A stretch of 64,000 nt of DNA from the human T2T-CHM13v2.0 reference genome, Homo sapiens, in the NCBI RefSeq assembly GCF_009914755.1, contig NC_060925.1. One strand, 5' to 3'. Each line of letters starts with the position of its first letter. Positions within the stretch are counted from its first letter, which is position 1. The notes beneath the pieces were generated by a model, which was not told the DNA's origin, searched no databases, and saw nothing but the letters and a program-made list of their open reading frames with translations. A program made the position numbers and the translations under genes. This document shows, in pieces, positions 1-14,644 of this stretch.

Positions 1-1649
1 TTCTTTGCTCCTAGCTATACCACTTCATTATTCCCAAGATGAGTAGTTTACATTATAAAAAGCAATGTTTCCCTTACAGTCAGGCATGAAGTATAAAGAT
101 ACACATTTGGTCACCTCAAAAGTATTTATTTTCATCAACATTTTCCCTTGATATTTTCACTCTAAAATTGGGTAATTTTTTAGTACCCTAAATAACTTTC
201 ATTAATTTTTAGAGTTTCCACTCCCAATGACTGAAAAAAAGATAAGTAACTCAATCACACAGCAATCAGTGGCAAAGTTAACTAGTTCCTGCTTGTTTTA
301 ATAATTTACCTGGAAGAGGATGAAATGCAAAATACCTGGAAAGCAGATTTCCTTTGCTTTAAGAATTAGGTTTGTGGTTTTACAATTATTAGTCCACAAG
401 GACTGGTTGCTTGAGTTTGTCCTACAAAGTAGGAAGTTAAATTAAGTATAGTCAACAGCCTTATAGTTCAGAGAAAGAGTTAAAGGAAATGGAAGTAGCC
501 TTTTATTTAAACTTGAATGGATTCAGTTAAAGAAAAAGTACAATTTGTAGAAGACTCCACTATTTCAAAGTAGAGGGGATGATTACTAAAGGGTATTTTG
601 AGCAAGTATTCTCTATGTAAATAAAGGGAAAAGCTGGACATAAATATGATACTTCATCACACATTTTTATAAACAGGAATTAGAGGCAGGCTAGTTTTAT
701 CAGCTTACCCAAAGCTAAAAAAGCTAACAATATCACAACTACAAGTGGCTTACTGGTCAGCTGAGTTGATAGGATAGCAAACGTATTACTTCTTTGTGGT
801 GACAGGTAAGAAAATAACATTTAAAAATTTCTTTTCAAGTAAGTTGGACTTGTATGCCGTTTTATTAAGCAAAATAGGCATTAGCCATCAACATCAACCA
901 CTTTTGTAAGACACATCTGAAATTAGAATAAACATTAAAGTACATAATGACAATCTGCTTTAAGTCACTTTTGTTGAGAATTACAAACAAAATAATCACA
1001 GTCCCTGCCCTCTAAAATCTCCGTATTTCTGATATATCATTTCAGATGTAGTAACAATAATTAAATTGTTCTTGATCATAAAATTAGCTAAGAAAACCAC
1101 CTAACTTTAAAATTTCCTTTAAATTATTTTCAATACAATCATATTTACCTTAAATTAGATAGGACTCACAACAATATATTAGTAAATCTAAATGGCACAA
1201 ATCCATGGTCGCAATGGATCTGATTTGGCTTTTTATAGTTCTCAAGAGCCTTACACGTGTAATTCCAGCCAAAATTCAAACTATAACCAAACATGGTATT
1301 GATCAGATATTTTCTGTTTTAGCCAACTTCCAGCTAAGCTACAATTAAATACATAAACCTTGGATAACAAGAATTAACCTCATTCTTCAAACCCTAGGCA
1401 TACCAAAAAAAAAAGTAAATTCTACTTTTCTACTTTTTTCTACTTCTGCAGTAAGTGAGGAACTACCTACCAATAAGCCATCCTTTTGCCCTAACCTCCA
1501 ATAGAGAAAGTCTGAGTGTTATTTTATTATTTCCGTAAAGTCAATTAAAACATTACCTAAAATTTAGCTCTGGCCAACCACATGCCTTGTTATATTATAA
1601 GGGCTAATTCTATCTTAATCCAGATTACAAACCGCATTCAAGAAATTCA

Positions 1650-2085
1650 TGTTAGAGAGAAGGAAAGCAGCTCAGCAGTCAGCTATGCACAGTATGCAAG
1701 ATTTACCAGGCCCAGAAAGACTGGAGTAGGGGACTTCAGTCACTTGACTCTCATGCCCCCCACTGGGGGGAGGGCAATTGTTTAAACTAGGCATTCATTA
1801 TGTTCCTGACCTGATGCCTCACCCATTATTTTTATGTTCCTGAAATCTGTGATACAAAGAACAATGTATAGCCAATCGATAGCTTACGTTATCTTAATGT
1901 AAATTCTTGGTAAATAAACATAGAAACCGCTTTTTTTCTTAAAAATTCACTTGTAACTGCTGCTAATCACAGTGTATATCCAGGGCAACTTGAACCTATG
2001 CTCCCAGGTGGCCATCCTCAAGCTTTGGGCTTGAATAAACTCTATACCTAATGATATTTTCTGAATCTCATTATTTAAGGCTTAG
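1650..2085 (+). mobile_element. ERV1 solo LTR, MER57-like
   Basis: 3' end aataaactctatacctaatgatattttctgaatctcattatttaagg resembles the MER57 terminus. Confidence 0.65.
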
Positions 2086-2410
2086 AGAATAAAAATCATA
2101 GCAAACACAAACATTATAACTGAAGATATAATTAGATATATTTAAGATTCCCAAACATATATTAAAAAAAAAAAAGCAAAACCCAGAAACTTAGTAAATA
2201 ATTAAACCAATAGTAATGCTAGGAAACTAGATAAGACTTGCATGAAAAACAAGATGTCAGTCAAAATAGATCACCTTCCTTATGAAACCAATGAGCAGCA
2301 AAAAACAAGCATCATAAAATTTAAGTATTTTATGCTACAATGGTGTAACTCTTAGGCTATATTCTCCTAAAAACAAACTTACTGATTCAACAAGTGTGGT
2401 TATTTGCTTT

Positions 2411-3107
2411 TGAGAAATAAAAATAAAATTCTAAGTTCTACAGCAGACTGAATGGACACCCTCCTCTTTGCCAAGGTGACCCCAGAGAAACCTTAAAAAT
2501 TGAGTTCCCAGCCATGATGGGACAGGAGGTAAAGCAAGTCTCGTTAGGTCCCCTCCCTCACTAACCACCATAAAACTTTCCTTCCTAAGAGTTAAAAAGA
2601 AACCAACCCTTTCAAAAGACTTGCTCCCCACTGATATCAACCAATTGCCTAACTCAGAAGCCAGACTCCACTCTGTTTTTGTGGTTTTGAACTGACCAGC
2701 ATTCCTTACTGATAAGAGATCACCAACTGGTTCTAGCTGGTCCATGAAGGCTGCACATAGGATGCCTATGAACTCTGTTTCACCTTTTGACATGTAAACC
2801 TTAATTTTACTATGATTAAATGTTAGGTCTCCAACTCAAAGTGAACATGGGATGTATGTAACATGGAGTGTGCACACTAAGCTTGTGTGCACCCCCTCAT
2901 GAATATTCATAGCTCCTCCTATAATCTGTTGAATATGTATACTTAGCCAACCCATTCAACATAACTTCCTGTCTCACCCTTCCTCCTTTGAAGGGCTTGC
3001 TTTTGGTCTCTGTCTGAGGATACACTTCCAAGCCTGCAGGCTTCAAGCTTCCTAAGAAATAAAGCTCTCTTTTCCAAATTTGTAGATCTCCTGCTTTTAA
3101 GGTGATA
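2411..3107 (+). mobile_element. ERV1 solo LTR, MER39-like
   Basis: Starts tgagaaataaaaataaaattctaag...ccccagagaaaccttaaaaattgagttcccagccatga and ends after aataaagctctcttttccaaattt. Confidence 0.8.
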
Positions 3108-3234
3108 CTTTGTTATAGTGGATAGCTGGATGTTGAAGTGTTGCTAGTAAATGACAGAGAAGTAATGAAGCCTGCCCTTCTACCAGACAGCATGGTAGCA
3201 GATTGATTAACTGTACTGGTATAACCATCCTCCT

Positions 3235-3910
3235 CCCACTCAGATTTAAAATCTTGAGTCATCTCTTAACTCTAATCTACCATATCCTGCTTATTTTATT
3301 TCCATAATATTACCCATACATCTAGTACCCCTCCTTTACATTCTTAATGTCACTGACCTGGTACAGGACTCTTAAAATGATCTACCCTGCAATTTTTCCT
3401 CCTCTCTGCCAAATCCTTTATTTAAAAAGCAATTTCAAAAGCATTACACAAATTCTGCATTCAAATAGTTCCCCACTACAAAGTTAATTCCAACATCTTA
3501 GACTAGCGTTCTATGTCATCTATCTGACTCACTTTACCAGTCCAACTCAATTCCCTTACCTCCTACTTCCTAGTATTTCCTATAAACTTCCCACATTGTT
3601 CCACCTTGCTCCCTCTTTCAGGCATTTCTCTTCCCCACCCCGACCCCCATTTCCATTTCAGTTAGCTATACATCAGGGTCCATTCAAATGCTAATTCCAA
3701 AAGCCTTGGGAGTTCCTAGTCTAGCTGAAAGTGTCTTCCTCTTTCTCTGAAATTCCACAGTATTTCACGCATACCTCTCCAATGGCACTTAACAATTTGT
3801 CTTGTATTACAGTTATGCATATATGTGCTTCTACTGTATTGTAAGATCCAATGTATCTCTGCATACTTAGCACAGTTGGAGGTGAAAAAAGTGCTTGTTG
3901 AATTAGTGAA
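3235..3910 (+). mobile_element. L2 LINE 3' fragment
   Basis: Pyrimidine-rich body ending in an L2-type tail (cttagcacag...gtgcttgttgaat). Confidence 0.55.
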
Positions 3911-4326
3911 AAAATCAGCCGATCATTTTTTTGTATGGTGGAGAAATAGCCTAATTCTTGCTGGAATAATAAAACAATTAGTAGAGTATCTATAAGGGTT
4001 ACCCAAAATACTCGATTAAATTATATCCAGGCTACTCAAGGCAAAAATAAGAACAACATTTTGGAGCAATAACCACCAAAATGGTTAGGAAAAATCAAGT
4101 TATTAACAGTTAAAGGACTATTCTTCAGTCACCTAGAGAATTTACTCAACTCAGATAATTCGTTACCTTGCTAATCACTTATAAATGATACGTTACTGTG
4201 CAGATAAATGTATACACATATATGCTCTTAATGAAGAACAATACTATAGAAATAAGTTATAGCTAAGAAATATAAAGACCCATCTTTTCTCTGTCTCATG
4301 AAAGGCTTTTTAAAATATAAGTTTAA

Positions 4327-5181
<855 letters not shown>

Positions 5182-6563
5182 TCCTTATTTTTAAAACATC
5201 CTTTAATGACTTCCTAATTTTTTTTACCAAGCATTCAAAGCACCAACCCCACCTTTCTGGCACTACAATTTTACCAAACATCTGTAACCAAATCTTCTGA
5301 CACTTGAACTCCAAGTTCCACTCCTGACACTTGAAGTCCAAATTTCATCCCTTTGTGTCCACACTATGTTCTTCTCTGCCTGAAATATTCTACACTTCAT
5401 CTCGTCTTCCTAAAACTCTACTGCATCCTTCAACTTCAGGGTCTGGCTGAAACCATATAAACCCTTCTGTAATGGCATACTTGATCTTTTCCCACTGGGT
5501 TATATTATGTTTATGCAGCTGGAGTGCAGTATCTTTACTGGCTCAGCGATGAACAGTCTTGGTACAAGAACTCAAACTTTTGTTGAATGAATAAAATTTT
5601 GTATGGCTGCTGGTTTTGTTGTTCTCTTGCATTTAAAAAGTCACAAGAAGCATACCAGCATGAACTACTTTTATTTATTTATTTTTTCTGTTTTTTACAA
5701 GCTCTAATTCAATGAGACAAACAGTAAGGGCATCAGAAAAAAAAGGAATCTCAATTCCCAGCTGCCCTCAAAAGGAGGCTTAGACTAAAATAATCAACCT
5801 GAACTCCTACAACACTTAAAGCCAATATGCCATTTAGTTGTATACTATCTTGCATAGTTTTCAATTTTTGATAGTTTTATGTATGTTGTCAACAATCCTT
5901 TCCTAATTTCTCTGACAGCAGAGACATGTCTCATACTTTTCACATACCCTCCTCAGCCCAGTCTGGAAGAATTGTCAAGGAGTTTGCTTTAAGCAGAAGC
6001 AAGTTTGCTCATTTGGAGTTTAATCTTAATAAGAAGATCAAAATTTTCTACTTACACTCTTTCAGTCTGAATGAACCACTATGAAAACATGCAATTTTTC
6101 AAACATGCAATACTATATTATTTTTAAAAGACACTACAGTGACACTCATGAATGAACAAATAATTTAATGCACATTGGGAAGCTTTCACAATACTATTTT
6201 TTCTATCACATCAGAAAGTGCTCCCATAGCACTTTCCACAACATAAGAATGACTTTTCTAGTGGCTTACAAACCCATTCAGCACTTGATACTGTGCTATA
6301 TGTTCATTAGTACTTGTTACAGTCCTGTGTGGCCAATTATATCATTAAAGCTGAAAACAGGCAAAAGAAACCTACTACGATTACACTTAAAAGTAGATGG
6401 TATGAAAAATAAAACACTGACTTGATTTTTTAAAAACGTTAATATATTGCACTAGTGGTATTGACCTCATCAGAAAAGTCAAATAATTATGATGGATAAG
6501 TCATTTGTTGTAGAATAGCAACAATTGGGCTTTACTTCCAAAACGTATCAAGAAAGTGTTCTG

Positions 6564-6860
6564 GGCTGGGTGCAGTGGCTCACGCCTGTAATCCCAGCAC
6601 TTTGGGAAGCCCAGGCGGGTGGATCACCTAAAGTCAGGAGTTCGAGACCAGCCTGACCAACATGGAGAAACCCCATCTCTACTAAAAATACAAAATTAGC
6701 CGGGCGTGATGGCGTGTGCCTGTAATCCCAGCTACTCAGGAGGCTGAGCCAGGAGAATCACTTGAACCTGGGAGGCAGAGGTTGCAGTGAGCCGAGACTG
6801 CACCATTGCACTCCAGCCTGGGCAACTAGAGTGAAACTCCGTCTCACACACACACACACA
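6564..6860 (+). mobile_element. AluSp-like element with (CA)n tail
   Basis: Contains cctgaccaacatggagaaaccc. TSD aaagtgttctg/aaattgttctg. Confidence 0.93.
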
Positions 6861-9800
6861 AAATTGTTCTGAAGATAATGAAATGAAGCCCCTCCCAAAT
6901 ATAAAAATATTTTTCTTGCATTAATTTTAAATGAGTAACTAGAAATTTCCAATTACTTTAAGTCCCAGAGGTTAGCATTTGATTTACAAAAGTGATCTAG
7001 AGAGAAAAATGTGGATAGAATGAGTATAGAAAATTCACCTGCTGCCACAGAAGAGTTATGACATCTAAGATACTACTACCATTGGTCAGTACCAACCCCT
7101 AAGAGAAAGAGGCAGTTAGGGCAGTGTCTTCAATCTATGATAGTGACTTCTTAAGTGGGTAGCAAATCAATTTACTGGCTCATGACCAGCATTAATTTTT
7201 CACAACAAAGAATATAATAAAAAAGAAAATATTAAAGTACATTTAGGTGAGTACACAAGGAATTGTGTGTTTGTATTAATGTAAGTTTGTACATGTGGTC
7301 AAGATATAAAATAAAGTCTCAATTAAAATGCTGACTGCTACCATCATTGTTTCTTCTTTACAAAAGATAACAACATGCTATCTACCATAGAAAAGCATTG
7401 TGGCATTCATCTGACAGATCTACTTCCTTTAACAACATTCTCTCTACTCTGTATTTCCCTTTCCCTACCTGTTGAAATTCACTCTTATTTTGACCTCAAA
7501 ATATATTTTTTTTCCTGATTGCAGATTAGGTTGATAGAATATGCTTTACCTTAATTTTAAATGCTTTAGCAATTTTAATAACCAGGATGATTAATTTATC
7601 ATTCAATCCAGGACACTTATGAGAGTAAAAGAGGCACTAGTACTTAGGTGTGACAACAAGGTAAACCAGTATGTATAGTCACTCCATTAATAACTTAATA
7701 GAACTATGTTCTTAATATGGCTAGCATAAAAATACATCATTTAATTAAAACATTAGGCACAAAAAAAGCTAATCAGTAAAATAAAAAGTCCAGAAGTAAT
7801 TAATATAAGCTACATTATAAAATTTCAATATTTAATGAAAACTATATAATGTTCTCATTAAACTGTATGGAAAATTAACCAGAAAAAAATCTGTATGAGC
7901 ATGTAAAACATTAAAGAGAACAAAATCTCAAAAAAAAAAAAACCCCTACCATTACTGCATTCCATAAATAACTAGAATAAACTCTTGAATAAGAAGTCTG
8001 CCTTAAATTTACAATATAGGATATAAAATAAACCCTTTGATTCTAGTCTATTTTGATAAAGATTGATCGGGGAAAGGAAGTAAAACAGCTTCATAAATTA
8101 TCTACAAGTGAAGACACAGAAAAATTATTAAACAATTTATTTGAACCTACCCAACAGAAGATAAACTGGGACAGTTCTGGGCAAAACTTTAATCTGTGAA
8201 ATTATTCTTTTATGACAATTTAACTCTCCCAAGTCTGCCCACCTCTTCCAAATCTTCAATTCTAAATCTTTCCTATTTCCCCCATCGGTTCCTTTTACAA
8301 ATATTAGGGAAGATAATGACCCCACAATTAGTTTTGCTATTATGCAATTCTTGCATTTTAAGCATCTTCTGCTCTTAAAAAAAAAAGAACTTCTTAAGGC
8401 TTCTGATTCCTAGTTCTGTTTCTACTTTCCTTTTATTCTGGCATCTCTCCTTTCTCAATTTGCCATCAGACAAATTGATGATAGCCTTCAGGAGATACGC
8501 AAAGTCTATACACACAAAAATTTTTATCTGAGAACAAATAAGTGCATGTTTCTGGGATGGGGCCCACAGCTTTCATGAAATTCTCAAAGATGTCGGTGAC
8601 CCCAGTAAAGATTGAGAACCATCACATTAGAAGTATTTAAGTTACCAGTAAACAGGTATTTTGGGAAGAAGAGGGATATCCTTTTCAGTGTATTCAGGAT
8701 ACTTGAAGAGATTATAAGTTAGAAGAAATATTTTTCTTCCCTCAAAAGGTCACCAGTTCCCACAGAAAAGACCAGGAGCTGTGGCTTCTAAGAAGGCTTG
8801 AAAGTTTATTCTATCACAGGTAACCAAAAGCAGGCCTTTACCATTTAGTCTGAGGGTATCTAAGCTTTGTATTCAAGAGTGGACCACACAACTTAAAATC
8901 TACATGAATTAAGACTGCTTAAACTAGAAATACACATACTGGACATGGTTAGGGAGGCTTTATTCCTATCTACTTTCCCTTTACATTGTTCCAATTTTGT
9001 GATATACTAAGGTAAGATTTTATAAAAATGAATTTGCATTTTATTCATTAAAAGATCATGTGTTCTTGAAAAATGATGCCTGTTACTCATATGAATTAAT
9101 GAATCACTTATAATAACCAAGTGGAACCTTCTAGGGCCATAGGTTTTTAGGAACACTGCTTTATAACAGTGATATTGATATGGGGGATAATCAGTATGTG
9201 GAGTTTGTAAATACAATACAGAATTCTCTATCTGGAAAACAGAAAAGTTAATAAAGCTTGAAAAAAAACTTCTTAGTTGGCATGAATAAGCAGCAAAGAC
9301 ATCTGTATAGCTCTACTGATCAAGAAGATTTTTTTTAATGAGGGAAAAAATGTTTCAGAATTTCCAAGAAAAAGAAGCATTAGTTTTTAAAGTTTCTCAA
9401 AAGTGGCTACTGGGTGTGGAAAATAAGACCCTAGGCTTTCTTCAGTTTCTCATTTTCCTTTTCTTTGCCTAGGACTGCCAAACACACGCTTTCTATTTCC
9501 TAGTACTTCTAATATTTTGGTAGTACTTAATCATATTTTTAAAATAACACCCTCTTTTATTCTTCAGGACCTAAACATATTCCCAGTCATCCTACATTAC
9601 TTTTCTCTCTGATAATGAAGATTTTTTAGATAATCTTCATAAGTGCATTCTTGGTAAATGGAGATTTACTACCAGTTATTTATAAGTAATTAATCCTGTG
9701 TTTTGCAGAATTTTCAGATGAAGTAAAAGCATTTTTTTAATGGACTAATAAAATCTGGACTGGAGATATCTTGCCTTATTGGATATTTGCATAATCTGCT

Positions 9801-9894
9801 TGAATAATCAGAATGGAACATTAACTCCTCTAAAGTCTAATTTAGGCCTAAGCACTTCTTGGATCTCTGCTCTTTTTAATTAGACTCTTATTTA

Positions 9895-10274
<380 letters not shown>

Positions 10275-10344
10275 TTATTTTTATTTCAATTTCTTATTTT
10301 AAAAATAAGAAATTCAAAAATAGACCGCCTGTGTAAGGTAGAGA

Positions 10345-10580
10345 ATAGTGATTAAAAACAAAGATTAGGTAAGATAGCCCTGATTTGAATTACAACCTTG
10401 CTACTTATTAACTGTGTAAGTTTGAGCAAATTAAGTTCTTTAAGTCCTAGTTTCCTATAAAACGTTAAGAGAATTCCAGTACCTACAACTTGTATGGCTG
10501 TTGTAAAGATTAAATGTTATGCATGTAAATTGCATAGCATAGTGCCTGACACATAGTAAATGTTCAATAAAAGTTAGCAA
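10345..10580 (+). mobile_element. MIR SINE
   Basis: Core and tail cttgctacttattaactgtgtaagtttgagcaaatt...tagtgcctgacacatagtaaatgttcaataaa. Confidence 0.75.
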
Positions 10581-11467
10581 GTATGGTAACAATAATGATT
10601 TCCTACTTGTATAGTCTCTTATTTTTATTGTTCCCCACCTCTAATGTCTGCAATCACTTGCCAAGCCTGATAAAGGTGAGGGTATATAAAAATTATAATC
10701 TCAGAGTAGGAGGCCTAATCCAGTAGACTAAAACTCACCCCACTCCTCTCTTTTTAATATAAATTGTCAACATTCATCCCTGGTCATTTGTATATCAAGT
10801 TAAGGAAGAATGCAAAGAAGCAGAAGAAAGACACTAGTATAAATATAAGTGGTTTTTTGAAAGCAAGAACATATTGGATCTAAGTTCTAGGACATGAGGA
10901 AGAACAAAAAAGCTGGGAAAACAACTAGAAGAAAGCAGGAGGCAGTGATCTAAAAAAGAGCAAGAGAAATAAAATGATTGGAAAGAATTTTAGGCAAAAG
11001 AATTTATGTAGATCTATGTCAAAAAGAGGGTATATTTTAAGATGTGAGGGAAATGAGATTTGCTGAAGCAGGGTAGCTTAAAAGACTACAAATGAAAGTG
11101 CAAAGCATTTTGTAGGTTATAAGAAGCGTATTACATATAAGTAAGCTAATAAAATTTTCACAGATGAGCAGTATTAAGAGGTATCTGCAAGGTTGGGCTA
11201 ACCAACCAAAAATAACACAGAAATGTGCATGTTAACACTTATGTGCATAGCTAAATTTATTAATCCTTAATATATTTAAGAAGTATTAAAAGAAAAATCT
11301 ATTCGCTTGTCAACACAAGCCATTATTAAGGCTCACCCCTTCAAAGATCTAATCTATAGACTAATGAAAATTCATTAGTTTGCTTAGTTTCCTAATCAAG
11401 TCTACATTTTGAAATTTCCCTATAATTTCCTTTTCTAATAAAGGATTTCCCCAAGCTAGAACTACAA

Positions 11468-11617
11468 TATTTTTATGCTATGTTGCCCAGGCTGGAGTGC
11501 AGTGACTATTCACAGGCACAATCATAGCACATTATAGCCGCTAACTCTTGAGCTCAAGTGATCCTCCTGCCAGCCTCATGAGTAGCTGGGACTATAGGGG
11601 CACACCACTGAGCCCGA
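11468..11617 (-). mobile_element. FAM (fossil Alu monomer)
   Basis: 7SL-like segment gactattcacaggcacaatcatagcac. TSD tagaactacaa/tagaactataa. Confidence 0.8.
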
Positions 11618-11961
11618 CTAGAACTATAAAGAGAGGTGTTTTACTGGAATCTAAAATCAATTTAAAAATCAAAAATAGTATTCTAAAAAATAAATGGGAT
11701 TAAGGTAGACTCAAAGTTCCACACCTCTTGGGTTAATTTTTTTTCCCCCAAATTAAGTCAATAAGAGCCAAAAGAAAAAGATTAACTTGCTTAGAATTAC
11801 ATCTAACAGTTTACAAGTTGCTGAAATTCAATGGGTATTCAGACTCAAATGCAGCTTACCAAAGAAAGCTATAAATATGATCTGAATTAACACCAGTCTG
11901 GTGGGGAAAAAAAAAGTGTATTGTATCAAACAGACTTGCTGTGATATCTGTTCAAACATAC

Positions 11962-12084
11962 CTGTACCAGTCAAAAGTCCAGCACTCTTCTTTCGTGCAT
12001 AAGCGCGTAAGTGGTTGGACAGGCTAACAGCACTTGTAAACGTCGTATTGCAATGCACACATGTTCTAAGCTTCACAGGCATAC
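11962..12084 (-). CDS. ZNF644: Putative alternative in-frame cassette exon of ZNF644 (123 nt, 41 aa, atypical zinc finger)
   Basis: Acceptor tttcttttgaatgatag|GT and donor ACAG|gtatgt, phase 1 at both ends, open in the exon-4 frame. Encodes GMPVKLRTCVHCNTTFTSAVSLSNHLRAYARKKSAGLLTGT, similar to the neighbouring LSNHVRGH fingers. Confidence 0.8.
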
Positions 12085-12611
12085 CTATCATTCAAAAGAA
12101 AACTATAATCCAGTTCTCACTTCAAAAAGTGAAATTTTCTTAGCTTAAAGAGTGTAGAAAAGCACCACAATAAAGATGGTTTTCAAAACGTTCAATGAAA
12201 TAGGTTAACTTAAAATAAGGAGGGGAAATTAAGTTAACTGTTATTAGTTTGTAGTTAGTATTTAGAGTCAACTCATGCTCTTTGGAAAGGTAGACGAGGA
12301 GTGACTTGAACCTTTGAGCTCCTCTGGATATACACCTATTATTACTTTCTTGCAGATTTCTGTGTTACGCAGATTATTTCTTAAACCTACTACAATACAA
12401 TCCTGTGATTTGAACAACACGGTTCTGTTGAGAAGTTTCAAAGCTTACAACATTACCAATAAAAAGAATTAAAAAGTCTAGTTGACAAAGTGGTAATTAA
12501 AGTGTTTTACCCACAAAACCGTAAAAGTCTCAATACTAAATTAGGCTTTCTGATGAAGGCTGGGAGAAAAGGTGGTAAAACACACCACTGAACAGCTGTT
12601 AGACACAACAT

Positions 12612-12617
12612 TTTATT
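12612..12617 (-). promoter_or_regulatory. Candidate intronic polyadenylation signal
   Basis: Minus-strand AATAAA followed about 25-35 nt later by the GU-rich gtggtgtgtttt. Confidence 0.3.
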
Positions 12618-13810
12618 TAGGGTATTTTATGTTCATTACTCTGAATGCGCAATCAATAATGAAAGTTAATGATTTAAAGTTTTTTGCTAAAATCTTTGTG
12701 CTAAATAAATGATCAACAAGCTAACATCTTAGTCATCACAGGAAAAACATGTTCAAACAATAAGAAACTCCTAACTTCTCAGACAATCCTCACTCCCCCA
12801 ACACATTTCAACTGGTTTCTTCAGCATTACTGTGATAGCCACAAATATGCTTTCCATCTCTGAAGTATACTACCCCTTGGTCAACACAGCTAACACATCT
12901 TCCCTGCGTTTTACCCTTCTGAAAAAATATTGAAAGCTATTGACTTTCAGAGACTCTTTATTCGAAAGAAAAAGCCGGATTAAACAGAAGCTCATACAAG
13001 ATAAACTGCTTTCCAGACCACTTACAATACAAAGTTATCTTTCCTTAAATCAAAACTGCATTACAACTATTTGGGATATCACAATGTCTGCCCCAAAGCA
13101 AATAAACAACATTACTTTACAGTAATGTTAGTCGTTATTAATCCATTAACTATTACCTCTGACACATTCAACTTAGAGCTCTAATCATGAGACCATTTAC
13201 ATAAACCTTCAACATTAACCTTCAAAAAGAAATCTAGAAAAAACACTTAAAATTTTTCTAGTCTAAAAGTATAAACCACACTTGGCAATACTGAATAAAG
13301 TTTGGCTACTTTATCTGCCACATTATTTGCCAATACATACAAAATATTCCTTTCAAAAGGAAAAAACTATTGGTGCACCAGCACTAAGCTAAATCATCTG
13401 TCCTGTTCCATTAGAGCACTATCTTAAAACCTAAAACCCCAAACAAATATGTTTTATGTTCACAACTGTTCTCCAAAACCAAACTATTCCGCAATACAAT
13501 GAGGAATTGGAGAGGGAGATGTTTCTTTGGGTTAATCACAACAGACACCAATCCATTCAGCTTTAAGAGTCTGTTTTGTTTTACCTAAGCAGTGGAAAAA
13601 CCAACAGCTAAATCTTGAAAACATGATCACCTTGGAGAACTGGCAAAAATATGACAGAGGTATGCCTTTTCAATAATGCTATGCTTTTGAACATCAACCT
13701 CCCATCCACAACCATCCTCCAGCCAGAGCAAGTTTTATTTTTACAGATCAGCTTTTTGTTTGTTGTTTTTATTGTGTGTGTGTGTGGTTTTCTTCTGCTT
13801 TTGTTCTCAC

Positions 13811-13910
13811 CTTACATTCAGACCAAGAAAAGAGGCACAGAGAACTCAGTGCTAATGAGCATCAATTGATGAGTTATACAGAAATGACAGTAGAATAACC
13901 AATCTGTGCT
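13811..13910 (-). other. ZNF644: Candidate poison (PTC-containing) cassette exon, 100 nt
   Basis: Acceptor gc(t)11acag|AGC and donor GTAAG|gtgaga. In-frame TAG at 13852-13854, and stops in all three frames. Confidence 0.5.
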
Positions 13911-14038
13911 CTGTAAAAAAAAAAAGCAGCTTAAACAGGAAGATTGTGAGAAAGTATTTTCCACATAGATTCCATTAAAGAAGGCATAATTGAACTGCAT
14001 TTAAACTGTGTATAGCATAGTCATAAACGTCCTCTTAC

Positions 14039-14644
14039 CTGAGTGCATAGTCAAGTCCATTTTTTGTGGCTGATACATCAACGGACTATCCTCATTTAAT
14101 GGAAGAACGCATTTCTGAACGAATCTCTTTCTTGCTGTCTGATTATGGATCTTTTGAGGAGAAATAGCAGAATTCCTTTCTTCTCCCATCCTTTTATTTT
14201 TAAGAAGTTCTATGAGTGTAAGAGACTGATTCTTTTTCCCACTGGGCAGTTCTGGTTTTGTTTCATCATATTCATTTAAGAAATTCAGCCCTTCTTCTTC
14301 TGATGCAGACACTGACAGAGCTTCAGTCTTTAGGCCATTACGGTATGCTTCAAGAGGTATAACATTTTGAGATATAAAGTCATCACTTGATGCAAGTTTT
14401 TGAGCTACAAATGGTCTGGGAATAATACGACGACTGTTCAATGCCTTTAAGATTTTTTCATATTTTTCTTCATTTTGCATCATCTCATTCAGAACACAGA
14501 TTGGAGATTTGTGAGCATCCCATTTCGTCTTTCCAAGTCTTTTCAAGTGGCCTCTAACATGATTTGATAATCCAATTTTAGTATCAAACCAACCACCACA
14601 GAGCTGACAAGTGTGTTCAGAAGTGGTTTCAGACTTCTCTATAG
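14039..14644 (-). CDS. ZNF644: ZNF644 exon 4 (606 nt) with WIZ-type finger [21 protein letters not shown]
   Basis: Acceptor tttttctag|CT ATA GAG follows a 181-nt intron (14645-14825) with an in-frame G|CT join. Donor TCAG|gtaaga at 14039. Overlaps the 181-aa ORF in the track. Confidence 0.96.

Noticed and set aside
5294-5347. Two-copy tandem duplications of 23-29 bp (also about 18107-18165 and 49836-49880)
   Set aside because: Ordinary slippage duplications. They are not CRISPR-like or otherwise structured arrays.
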